From: Armatimonadota bacterium
GTDB taxonomy: Bacteria; Armatimonadota; Fimbriimonadia; Fimbriimonadales; GBS-DC
DNA length: 58,728 bases
NCBI GenBank assembly: GCA_037445735.1
Contig: JBBIJY010000019.1
Location: forward strand, 1 to 58,728
Reading direction: 5' to 3'
Part shown: in pieces, positions 46,594-55,092 of the stretch
How positions within the stretch are numbered: position 1 is the stretch's first letter
How the letters are laid out: every line of letters starts with the position of its first letter
Position numbers and translations under genes: made by a program
Notes under the pieces: model-generated
The model's input: only the letters and a program-made list of their open reading frames with translations
Database searches by the model: none
Told to the model about the DNA's origin: nothing

Positions 46594-48003
46594 TTGCTGT
46601 GGGCGACGGCTGCGCTGATTGTGGGGCTGCACCTGCTCGCCCTGCCACAGGTTTTTATTGATTCCGCGCTGCGTGCCGATACGGACACCGCCGTCATGCT
46701 CGATGCGATGCGCGATTCGGGCGGCTGGCGCGGCATCGGGCGCTGGCTGACGGGCGACTGGTTCCTTGAGAACGGCTTCTATCGTCCCACCACCTGCCTC
46801 TCGCTGATCCTCGATTACACGCTGTATGGCGAGCGCGCGTGGGGCTATCGGCTCACAAACTGGCTGCTGATGCTGTTGACGGCGCTGGGGGTGCTGATGG
46901 CGGTTCGCGCGTTTGCTCGCGAGGTCGGCTTCGCGCAGGCGGACGCACTCGGCTGCGTCGCCGCGCTGCTGTTCAGCCTTCAGCAGACCGGTTTGACCGC
47001 GCTCTTCAAGGGATGGTCCACCTGGTGGTTCGTGGGCGGGTTGTGGCTGGTGGGGGTTTTTGTTGGAGCTGTCCCTCACCCCCGTGCCCCCTCTCCCGAA
47101 GCTTCGGGAGAGGGGGTCTCCCAATCCCTCTCCCCCAGCAGGGGAGAGGGTACGGGTGAGGGGGTCTCCCAGTCCCTCTCCCCCAGCAGGGGAGAGGGTA
47201 CGGGAGAGGGGGTCTCCCAGTCCCTCTCCCCCAGCAGGAGGAAAAGCGCACTGATGCTCGCGCTGATTGCTGGCGCGTGGCTGTGGGGCTTCGAGCGGGC
47301 GATGGGCACGGGCTATGAGCGCCTCATCAGCTGGGTGCCTTCGCGCACCGCGCTCGTGATGACCGTGCTGAGTGTCTGGGGCGTCTACTGCCTGCTTCTG
47401 GGCGCGCGGCAGGGGCGATGGGGCTGGCTCCTGCTGGGACTGCTGCTCCTGCTGCTTGCACTGGGCGCGTACGAGCAGGCAATCACGCTGGTGCCGTTGC
47501 TGATTGCGCTCGCGCTTGCACGCCGCAGGGCGTGGGGCAGGGCAACAACAGGCGCACTCTGCACGGGAGCGATTGCCGCTGCAATAGTGGTAATAACCCT
47601 GCGACTGGCCCTGGTGCCTCTCGAGCCAAGCCGCTATCAACAGCAACAGTTGCGCAGCAGCCTCGCGGGTCCGCTCTGGAGCTACTTCAGCGATCTGTTC
47701 CCACCTGTGGGCGACTTCACCTACTGGCAAACCGTGCTGCCCGAACCGATGCTGTGGCTGTTCAGAGAACCCTGGGATCACCTGCTCATGCTGCTGGCGT
47801 ATGCGGGCGTGCTGGTCGCGCTCTATCAATGGCGCACGCTTATTGGCAGTGCGCTCCTGTGGCAAGCCGTCACCTTCCTGCCGATGGCGTTCCTGCACCC
47901 GTTTGAGCATTATTCCTATCTCCCGCAGATAGGCGCCACCACTTTTGACGCCGCGCTGTTGCTATGGGGACTGAGCGGCAATCCAGGAAAGCAGGCAAGG
48001 TGA
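46594..48003 (+). CDS. Polytopic membrane protein (GT-C-like) containing an in-frame repeat insertion; start uncertain
   Basis: Many TMs and a 'FYRP' motif. TTG start assumed just after the ferredoxin stop. Confidence 0.65.
   Translation: MLWATAALIVGLHLLALPQVFIDSALRADTDTAVMLDAMRDSGGWRGIGRWLTGDWFLENGFYRPTTCLSLILDYTLYGERAWGYRLTNWLLMLLTALGVLMAVRAFAREVGFAQADALGCVAALLFSLQQTGLTALFKGWSTWWFVGGLWLVGVFVGAVPHPRAPSPEASGEGVSQSLSPSRGEGTGEGVSQSLSPSRGEGTGEGVSQSLSPSRRKSALMLALIAGAWLWGFERAMGTGYERLISWVPSRTALVMTVLSVWGVYCLLLGARQGRWGWLLLGLLLLLLALGAYEQAITLVPLLIALALARRRAWGRATTGALCTGAIAAAIVVITLRLALVPLEPSRYQQQQLRSSLAGPLWSYFSDLFPPVGDFTYWQTVLPEPMLWLFREPWDHLLMLLAYAGVLVALYQWRTLIGSALLWQAVTFLPMAFLHPFEHYSYLPQIGATTFDAALLLWGLSGNPGKQAR
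47072..47238. repeat. Palindromic repeat array, 48-bp period, inside a CDS
   Basis: Units at 47105, 47153 and 47201 (CGGGWGAGGGGGTCTCCCARTCCCTCTCCCCCAGCAGG...). Confidence 0.9.
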
Positions 48004-48034
48004 TCCGGTGATAAGTCGTTCACATCTGAGAGAA

Positions 48035-48123
48035 ACCCCTCACCCCGACCCTCTCCCCACAGGGGAGAGGGAGAAACGAAACCCCTCTCCCCCGCAGGCG
48101 GGGGAGAGGGTACGGGTGAGGGA
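48035..48123. repeat. Palindromic repeat element between convergent genes
   Basis: CCCCTCACCCCGACCCTCTCCCC...GGGAGAGGGTACGGGTGAGGG. Confidence 0.85.
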
Positions 48124-48153
48124 GCTAACAAGCCTATGGCACGGGGGTGCAGG

Positions 48154-49006
48154 CTACTGCGCCCGCCGCCGACGCAGTCCCAGCAGCCCCGCCAGACCCG
48201 CGCTCAGCGCAATCAGCGAAGCAGGCTCGGGGACAGTATCCAGCAAGAACGCCTCGTTGCGCCCCGACGCCGCGTGGAAGCCAACCCCCACGATGTACCG
48301 CCCATCGGGGCTGATACCACGGGCATCATACAGCACCGAGCCGCCCTGAAGCAGGCTGGCGTAGGTCTGGTTCAGGTCTTCCAGTCCGCCGTCCTGCGTC
48401 CAGCGAAAGGCATGCCACTGATTGCTGGCGTTATGTGCCCCACCAACGATAATCGAACTATCCCCCGAAACATCTCGAGCGATGCTCTGATTCCCGCCGA
48501 ATGTTCCGAGGTCCTGCATCCCTGTCGCCTGCGTCCAGCGAAAGGCATGCCACTGATTGCTGGTATTGGTCGCCCAGCCGACGATCACCGAGCCGTCTGA
48601 TGAAACGCCCCAGGCGGCGCTTGCATTCCCACCGAGCGTACCGAGGCTGTGAACCCCTCCACCCTCCCAGCGATAGGCGAATGGCCCTGGATTGCTTGTT
48701 GAGGGTGATCCCCAGCCGACGACCACCGAACCGTCCGCCGAAATTCCAAGCGTCTCGCTCGAAATCCCGATCGTGCCGAGGTCGTACATTCCCCCGTTCG
48801 CCCAGCGAAAGGCGCGCAACCGACCGTTGGAGAAGCGCGCCCTGCCGACGATATGCGCGTTGTTCGAGACGCCCCAAGCCTCGCTATCCACGCCGCCGAG
48901 CGTGCCGAGCCAGGTGATACTCTGCGACCAACCCGCAGTAGTCACTACGGACAACACCATCCGCGCTCACAAGCGCGTATGCCCGATTAGAAAATGTCCG
49001 TCGCAT
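48154..49006 (-). CDS. HAF-repeat extracellular protein with PEP-CTERM sorting signal; the RBS-linked start (49006) is 1 nt out of frame with the body (48154..48960)
   Basis: 'HAFRW', 'DLGTxGG', 'GVSxDGSVIVG' repeats; 'VPEPASLIALSAGLAGLLGLRRRR'; AAGGAGG before ATG 49006. Confidence 0.8.
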
Positions 49007-49154
49007 CGGTTTACCTCCTTCATTGGAATGTTCCCAGCCCAGCACTCGGAAGCGCGCAGGCTCCTATCAATATAACACACTTTTCGCCGATTGTCAAGGG
49101 GTCAGGGGCAAATCAGGTTAAATTGCGGGCAAACCGGGCGCCATCGTGTACGCA

Positions 49155-49184
49155 GGTAGGGGCGACGCATGCGTCGCCCCTACC
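49155..49184. repeat. GTAG-type REP palindrome
   Basis: Perfect 30-bp palindrome GGTAGGGGCGACGCATGCGTCGCCCCTACC. Confidence 0.85.
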
Positions 49185-49232
49185 CCATGTTCGCAGGAAG
49201 TTCTCCCAGCTTTCGGGAGAGTTCGCTTTCGA

Positions 49233-49259
49233 GCAGGAAACAGAGCCAATCCGCCGAAT
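49233..49259 (+). promoter_or_regulatory. SigH-type promoter upstream of small ORF/lysA
   Basis: GCAGGA-N17-GAAT(49256-49259). Confidence 0.6.
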
Positions 49260-49364
49260 CCAACCAGCAGAGGAATAAAACGATGCCACGCGATTATATG
49301 AAGCAGCCTGACCGTGAGTTTGAGGCGCAGGTGGCGCAGTTTCTGGCGAATATCGGAACTGAAC

Positions 49365-50678
49365 ATGTTCTTACTGGGCACGCAGGGCATTAGCGCAAAG
49401 GGGCATCTGGAGGTTGGCGGCTGTGATACCGTTCAACTCGCGGAGCGGTTCGGCACACCGCTCTATGTGCTGGACGAAGCCGCCCTGCGCACGCGATGCA
49501 GGGACTATCGGAGGGCGTTCGAGTCGCTCAAGCCTGATGTGCAGATTCTCTATGCGGGCAAGGCGGCGCTGAACCTCGCCATCTGCCAGATTATCGCCGC
49601 CGAGGGGCTGGGGCTGGATGTCGCCTCCGGCGGCGAGCTGTACACCGCGTTGCGGGCAGGCGTGCCTCCAGAGCGTATCCATCTGCACGGTGTGTACAAG
49701 ACCGACGCCGAGCTGCGCATGGCGCTGGAAGCGGGCATCGATGCGATTGTGCTGGATAACTTCGCCGAGATCGAACGGCTTTGCGCCCTGCTGCCACCGA
49801 CGCGACGGCAGGGCGTGTTGATTCGCGTCGCGCCCGAAGTGGAGGCGAACACTCATCCGCTCATTCGCACAGGGCAACGCGACAGCAAGTTCGGCTTTCA
49901 TATTCTGACGGGCGACGCGCTGCGTGCAGTTCAGCGCGTGCTACAGGAGCCGCGCCTGAACCTGATGGGCTTCCACTGCCATATCGGCTCGCAGATTAAT
50001 GATCTGGGCGCGTTTGCGGCGGCGGCGCAGGTGATGGTCGCCTTTGCCGCTCAGGTGCGGCGTGCGCTGGGCTATACCGCGTCATGTCTCAATCTGGGTG
50101 GCGGGCTGGGCGTGCGCTACACGCCCGATGACCCGCCGCCCGCGATTGACGAGTATGCGCGCGTGCTGGTGAGCGCGCTCCGCGAAGCGTGCGAGCGCCA
50201 TCGGTTCCCGGAGCCGATGCTGATGGTGGAGCCGGGGCGGTCGCTGATTGCGGAGGCGGGCATCACGCTCTATCGGGTCGGCGCGGTCAAGCGCGTGCCG
50301 ATTGCCGAACCCGACCGCCCCGATACCTGTCTGATTGTGGATGGCGGCGTGTCGGACAACCCGCGCCCGCAGATGTACGGCGCGGTCTACACGGCATTGC
50401 TGGCGAACCGCGCCCACCTGTCCCATGACCATCTCTATCGTGTGCTGGGCAAACATTGCGAGACCGACCCACTGATAGAGCGCGCGTGGCTGCCCGAAAC
50501 GCGCGAGGGCGACCTGCTCGCCGTGCTGACCACGGGTGCGTATGCTTACTCCATGAGCAGCAACTATAATCGTTACCCGCGCCCCGCGATGGTGCTGGTG
50601 CGCGAGGGCCAGGCGCGGCTGATTGTGGAGCGCGAGGGATACAACGATCTGATACGGTACGACAAAGTGCTGGAGTGA
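49365..50678 (+). CDS. lysA: Diaminopimelate decarboxylase
   Basis: 'FGTPLYVLDE', 'YAGKA' (PLP Lys), 'SKFG', 'HCHIGSQ', 'LNLGGG', 'EPGR', 'HCETD', 'GAYAYSMSSNYN'. Confidence 0.93.
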   Translation: MFLLGTQGISAKGHLEVGGCDTVQLAERFGTPLYVLDEAALRTRCRDYRRAFESLKPDVQILYAGKAALNLAICQIIAAEGLGLDVASGGELYTALRAGVPPERIHLHGVYKTDAELRMALEAGIDAIVLDNFAEIERLCALLPPTRRQGVLIRVAPEVEANTHPLIRTGQRDSKFGFHILTGDALRAVQRVLQEPRLNLMGFHCHIGSQINDLGAFAAAAQVMVAFAAQVRRALGYTASCLNLGGGLGVRYTPDDPPPAIDEYARVLVSALREACERHRFPEPMLMVEPGRSLIAEAGITLYRVGAVKRVPIAEPDRPDTCLIVDGGVSDNPRPQMYGAVYTALLANRAHLSHDHLYRVLGKHCETDPLIERAWLPETREGDLLAVLTTGAYAYSMSSNYNRYPRPAMVLVREGQARLIVEREGYNDLIRYDKVLE

Positions 50679-50692
50679 GCGAGCCGTTTCCC

Positions 50693-52081
50693 CTACAGCC
50701 CAATCGTCTGCAAATAGTCGGGCAAAGCCACCTGCCAGCCGAGCCGTTGCGTGATAAGCGCCTGAAGGGTCTGGCGCGCCTGATCTTCGCCATGCACCAG
50801 GTAGAGCGTTTCTGGTGGCTGTCGGATCGCCCCTGCCCAGCGCAACAGATCTCGCTGGTCCGCATGCGCGGAGAGCGCGCTTGTTTCAAAGATTCGGGCT
50901 TTGACCGGTACCGTTTCGCCGTGAATGGTGACCTGTTCTGCGCCGTCCAGCAGCATGCGTCCGCGTGTGCCCTCCGCCTGATAGCCCACAAACAGCACGG
51001 CGTTGGCGGCGTCGGGCAGGCGCCACTTGAGATGGTGCAGAATGCGACCGCCCGTGCACATGCCGCTGCCCGCCACGATAATCATCGGTCCTTCGCGCAT
51101 GTTAAGCGATTTGGACTGGGCAATCGATTGCACGAAGTTCGTCTGATAGCAATAGAGGGGTAAGCGGCCCTCGCAATCGCCGCCGGGGCTGGTCTCCAGA
51201 TTGAGATCCTCCCGAAAGCGGCAGTAGAGCGCCGTCACATCCTGCGCCATGGGGCTGTCGACGAACACGGGCAGTGGCGGTATCTGTCCTGCCTCCTGCA
51301 GCGTGCGCAGGTGATACAGCACCTGCTGGGTACGCCCCACCGCGAAGGCGGGGATCAACAAAACCCCGCGCGTCTGCAGGATGTGCCCGACCGCCTCCAG
51401 CAGAACCTGCTCCGGCGGACGCGAATCGTGCAGCCGATCACCGTAGGTCGATTCCATCAGCACGATGTCGGCGCCGGGATGCTCGGTTGGCGGGCGCATG
51501 ATGGGGTCTTCATAGCGCCCGATGTCGCCTGAAAACAGAATCCGTCGCCCTGTCCGGGTGAGCTGGATTTCGATTGCACCGGAGCCGAGGATGTGCCCCA
51601 TCGGGAACCAGAAGGCGCGGATGCCCTCCAGCTCCAGCATGGTGTGGAACGCGACAGGCTTCAGCAGGGCGAGCGTCGCTCCAGCATCCGGCACGGTGTA
51701 GAGCGGAAAAGCGGGTTTGTGGCGGCTGTAGCCCTTGCGATTGGCATAGTCCGCGTCCTGCTCCTGCAGATGCGCCGAATCCATCAGCATAATCTCCAGC
51801 AGGGCGCAGGTCGCCTCGCTCGCATAGATGGCTCCAGAGAAACCCTGTTGCACCAGGCGCGGCAGATAGCCCGAATGGTCCAGATGGGCATGGGTCAACA
51901 GCACGGCATCGATGGAGGCTGGCTCGACGGCGAACGGTTCCCAGTTGCGCTCTTTCCAGTCGCTGCTGCCCTGAAACAGCCCGCAGTCGATGAGATAGCG
52001 CGCTCCATCCACTTCCAGCAGGTACTTACTGCCCGTTACCGTGCCCGCTGCGCCCAGAAAGGTCAATCGGGTTGCCCTCAC
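50693..52081 (-). CDS. MBL-fold beta-CASP ribonuclease
   Basis: 'LGAAGTVTGS', 'THAHLDHSG', 'GHILGS', 'FSGDIG', 'MESTYG', 'SAHAD', 'LVHGE'. Confidence 0.92.
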   Translation of the reverse strand: MRATRLTFLGAAGTVTGSKYLLEVDGARYLIDCGLFQGSSDWKERNWEPFAVEPASIDAVLLTHAHLDHSGYLPRLVQQGFSGAIYASEATCALLEIMLMDSAHLQEQDADYANRKGYSRHKPAFPLYTVPDAGATLALLKPVAFHTMLELEGIRAFWFPMGHILGSGAIEIQLTRTGRRILFSGDIGRYEDPIMRPPTEHPGADIVLMESTYGDRLHDSRPPEQVLLEAVGHILQTRGVLLIPAFAVGRTQQVLYHLRTLQEAGQIPPLPVFVDSPMAQDVTALYCRFREDLNLETSPGGDCEGRLPLYCYQTNFVQSIAQSKSLNMREGPMIIVAGSGMCTGGRILHHLKWRLPDAANAVLFVGYQAEGTRGRMLLDGAEQVTIHGETVPVKARIFETSALSAHADQRDLLRWAGAIRQPPETLYLVHGEDQARQTLQALITQRLGWQVALPDYLQTIGL

Positions 52082-52122
52082 GGGGGCAGTATACCTCGCC
52101 TGAGAGGTACAATAGTGGCGCG

Positions 52123-55059
52123 ATGCGGTTCGTGGAGCCGGGCTACCTGCTGTTGCTACCCGTGCTGATGGCGGGGGTGTGGTGGAGCGGGCGGCGCATG
52201 CTCGGTATCAGTCGCGCCCGCCGGCGGCTGGCGCTGATCCTGCGCTCGTTGCTGATGCTGTGCATCGTGCTGGCGCTGGCAGGGCTGCAAGCCGTGCGCC
52301 AGAATCGGGGCATCTGCACCATCTTCCTGCTGGACGCCTCCGACAGCGTCCCCGATAAAGGCAAGCAGGCGGCACGCGACTATGTTCAACAGGCGCTGAA
52401 AGCGATGAGCGAGGAGGATCAGGCGGCGCTGATTGTGTTCGGGCGCGACGCGCTGATCGACTTCGCGCCCACCAGCACCCGCACGCTGCCGCCCATCCTG
52501 TCGGCGCCCGACCGACAGGGCACGAACATCGCCGCCGCCATCCGACTGGCAAGCGCGCTTTTCCCCGACGGCAAGGATCGGCGAATCGTGCTGCTTTCCG
52601 ATGGCAACGAGACCGAAGGCAACGCGCTGGACGCCGCCGCCGTCGCCGCCACCGAAAACATCGAAATCGATACGGTTCAACTGGCATCAGCAACGCCCGA
52701 ATCGGAGATGCTGGTGCAGGAGATTCAGGCACCCAGCGAGGTCAAAATCGGCGAGCCGTTCAATCTGCGCGTGGTGATCGACGCCCGCAAGCCCGCCGCT
52801 GGCACGCTGCACATCGATCGGGACGGTCAACCTGTTAAGAGCGTGCCCGTTCAGCTCACGCCGGGCAAAAATGTGGTGCTGGTGCCCATCCGCACGGAGC
52901 GGGAGGGCTTCCACCGCTATCGCGCCACTTTAGAGGTTCAGCCGGATGAGGACCCGCGCAACAATGTGGGGCGCGCATTTGTGCAGGTGCGGGGTAAGCC
53001 GCGCGTTTTGCTCGCTGAAGGCACGCCGGACCCCACCCGCGCCCTCGAACGCGCCCTGCGAGCGAACAATCTGGAGGTCGTGCGCGCCGACGCGAACAGC
53101 TTCCCCGCCCGCGCCGATGAACTGCAGGGCTACGATGCGATCCTGTTTCACGATTTTCCCGCCATCGCGCTCTCGCCCCAGCAGATGCTGACCATCCAGA
53201 GCGCGGTGCGCGACACCGGCATCGGATTCGCCATGATCGGTGGCGAGAACTCCTTCCTGCCAGGCGGCTATTATGAAACGCCCATCGCCGAGATTCTGCC
53301 CGTCGATCTGAATGTGCGTCAGCGCAGGGTCTTCCCCGCCGCGACCGTCGTCATCATTATCGATATTTCGGGCAGCATGGGGGTGCCCGAAGATGGCATT
53401 CCGAAAGTTCAGCTGGCAGGGCATGCTGCCATCCAGACGCTCAAAATGTTGCGCCCGATGGACCAGTTCGGTGTGATTGTGAGCGGCACGGGCGTCGACT
53501 GGCTCGCGCCCATTCAGCCCGCTGGCAATAAGGAGCGCGCCATCGAGCAGGTCTCACGCATCTACGCGGGCGGCGGCGGCATCTACTGCCGTCCGTCGCT
53601 GGAGTTCGCGGCGCAGGCGATTATCCCCCAGAACACGCGCGTCAAGCATGTGATCCTGCTGGCGGATGGCGACGACTGCGACGAACAGGAGGGCTGTTTC
53701 GAGATTGCCCAGCGCATGCGCGCGAATGGCGTCACGATGTCGGTGGTGGCGCTGGGCGCGGGCAAAGATGTCGGCTTCCTGCAGCAACTGGCACAGGTGA
53801 GCGGGGGCAACTTTTACCTGACCACGCGCGCTCGCGACCTGCCGCGCCTCTTCACCGCCGATGTGAGCCTGATGACCCGCTCCGCCATCGAAGAGGGCGT
53901 GTTTATCCCCACAATCACGGGCACGGACGAGATGCTGGAGGGCATCAACTGGAGCAGCACGCCCGCGCTGCTGGCGTACGATTTGACCTCTGATCGCCCG
54001 CTGGCGCGCGTGCTGATGCGCACGCCCAAGAACGACCCGCTGCTCGCCGTGTGGCAGTACGGGCTGGGCACTTCGCTCGCCTTCACCTCCGATGCCAAGC
54101 CGAAATGGGCGCGGCGGTGGGTCGGCTGGAGCGAGTTCGCGCCCTTCTGGACGCAGGTCGTGCGCTCCATCCTGCGCAAGGGCAGCCGTCAGGACTATCA
54201 GATCACCGTGCGACAGGAGGGCGGGCAGGCGGTTGTGGAGATGCAGGCGTTCACACCCGAAGGCGAACCCATCAACTTCCTTCAGCCAGAGTTGCGCATC
54301 AGCTTCCCCAACGGCGAGGGACAGACCATCACCCTTCAGCAGGATGCGCCAGGTCGCTACACGGGGCGGTTCCCCCTGCGCGATGTGGGCGACTATATGC
54401 TGACGGTTATTGAGAAGCAGCCCGATGGCACGGTGCGCACTGCCACGCGCGGCTACGCCCTGCCCTATCCGCCCGAATATCGCTTCAGTCGTGCGAACAT
54501 CCCCCTGCTGACTCGTATCGCTGAGATCACGGGTGGCAGGTTGAACCCACAGCCGGAGCAGGCGTTCCGTCCCGTGGCGCGGCGGGGCGCGTCGGTGTCC
54601 GATTTGTGGCGTACGCTGCTCTGGCTGGCGGTCGCGCTGTTGCTGATGGACATCACGGTGCGTCGTGTGGTGCTGCCGATCGGGGAGGCGGTCGCGCTGT
54701 TGCGTCAGGCGCTGGGCTGGCTGCGCGGGCGACGCTGGGTACGCCGCCCGGTGGAGGCTCCCGCCGCCACTGCCCGCCTGCTGAATGTGAAGGGCAGGGT
54801 GCGCACAGCGACGACCGCCGCTGGCGGTGCAGCCCCGAACGCTGCCGATGGCGAGCCAGTTATTGCCTCCCGCCCGATTCAGGCAGGTGAAGGCGCGGCG
54901 ACCCCACCCCGCGCGTCCGCCCAACCCACGCCGCAACGGGGGATTAGCCCCTCATCTCAACCTTCGCCCCAGCGGGGAGAGGGCGTCTCACCGCCCCCAG
55001 CGGAGGGCGACACCACCAGCCGCCTGCTGGAAATCAAACGCCGCCGACGCGGTGGCTGA
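52123..55059 (+). CDS. Membrane-anchored protein with two VWA domains and a GATase1-like domain
   Basis: N-terminal BatA-like TMs; MIDAS 'DASDS' and 'DISGS'; 'LLSDG'; 'IGGENSF'; C-terminal TM. Confidence 0.82.
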   Translation: MRFVEPGYLLLLPVLMAGVWWSGRRMLGISRARRRLALILRSLLMLCIVLALAGLQAVRQNRGICTIFLLDASDSVPDKGKQAARDYVQQALKAMSEEDQAALIVFGRDALIDFAPTSTRTLPPILSAPDRQGTNIAAAIRLASALFPDGKDRRIVLLSDGNETEGNALDAAAVAATENIEIDTVQLASATPESEMLVQEIQAPSEVKIGEPFNLRVVIDARKPAAGTLHIDRDGQPVKSVPVQLTPGKNVVLVPIRTEREGFHRYRATLEVQPDEDPRNNVGRAFVQVRGKPRVLLAEGTPDPTRALERALRANNLEVVRADANSFPARADELQGYDAILFHDFPAIALSPQQMLTIQSAVRDTGIGFAMIGGENSFLPGGYYETPIAEILPVDLNVRQRRVFPAATVVIIIDISGSMGVPEDGIPKVQLAGHAAIQTLKMLRPMDQFGVIVSGTGVDWLAPIQPAGNKERAIEQVSRIYAGGGGIYCRPSLEFAAQAIIPQNTRVKHVILLADGDDCDEQEGCFEIAQRMRANGVTMSVVALGAGKDVGFLQQLAQVSGGNFYLTTRARDLPRLFTADVSLMTRSAIEEGVFIPTITGTDEMLEGINWSSTPALLAYDLTSDRPLARVLMRTPKNDPLLAVWQYGLGTSLAFTSDAKPKWARRWVGWSEFAPFWTQVVRSILRKGSRQDYQITVRQEGGQAVVEMQAFTPEGEPINFLQPELRISFPNGEGQTITLQQDAPGRYTGRFPLRDVGDYMLTVIEKQPDGTVRTATRGYALPYPPEYRFSRANIPLLTRIAEITGGRLNPQPEQAFRPVARRGASVSDLWRTLLWLAVALLLMDITVRRVVLPIGEAVALLRQALGWLRGRRWVRRPVEAPAATARLLNVKGRVRTATTAAGGAAPNAADGEPVIASRPIQAGEGAATPPRASAQPTPQRGISPSSQPSPQRGEGVSPPPAEGDTTSRLLEIKRRRRGG

Positions 55060-55092
55060 ACGCCCTGTTTCAACAGCGCCTTCCGCTGAACC

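Noticed and set aside
48137-48151. TGGCACGGGGGTGCA, sigma54-like
   Set aside because: GG-GC spacing is 9 rather than 10, and it points antisense into a gene end
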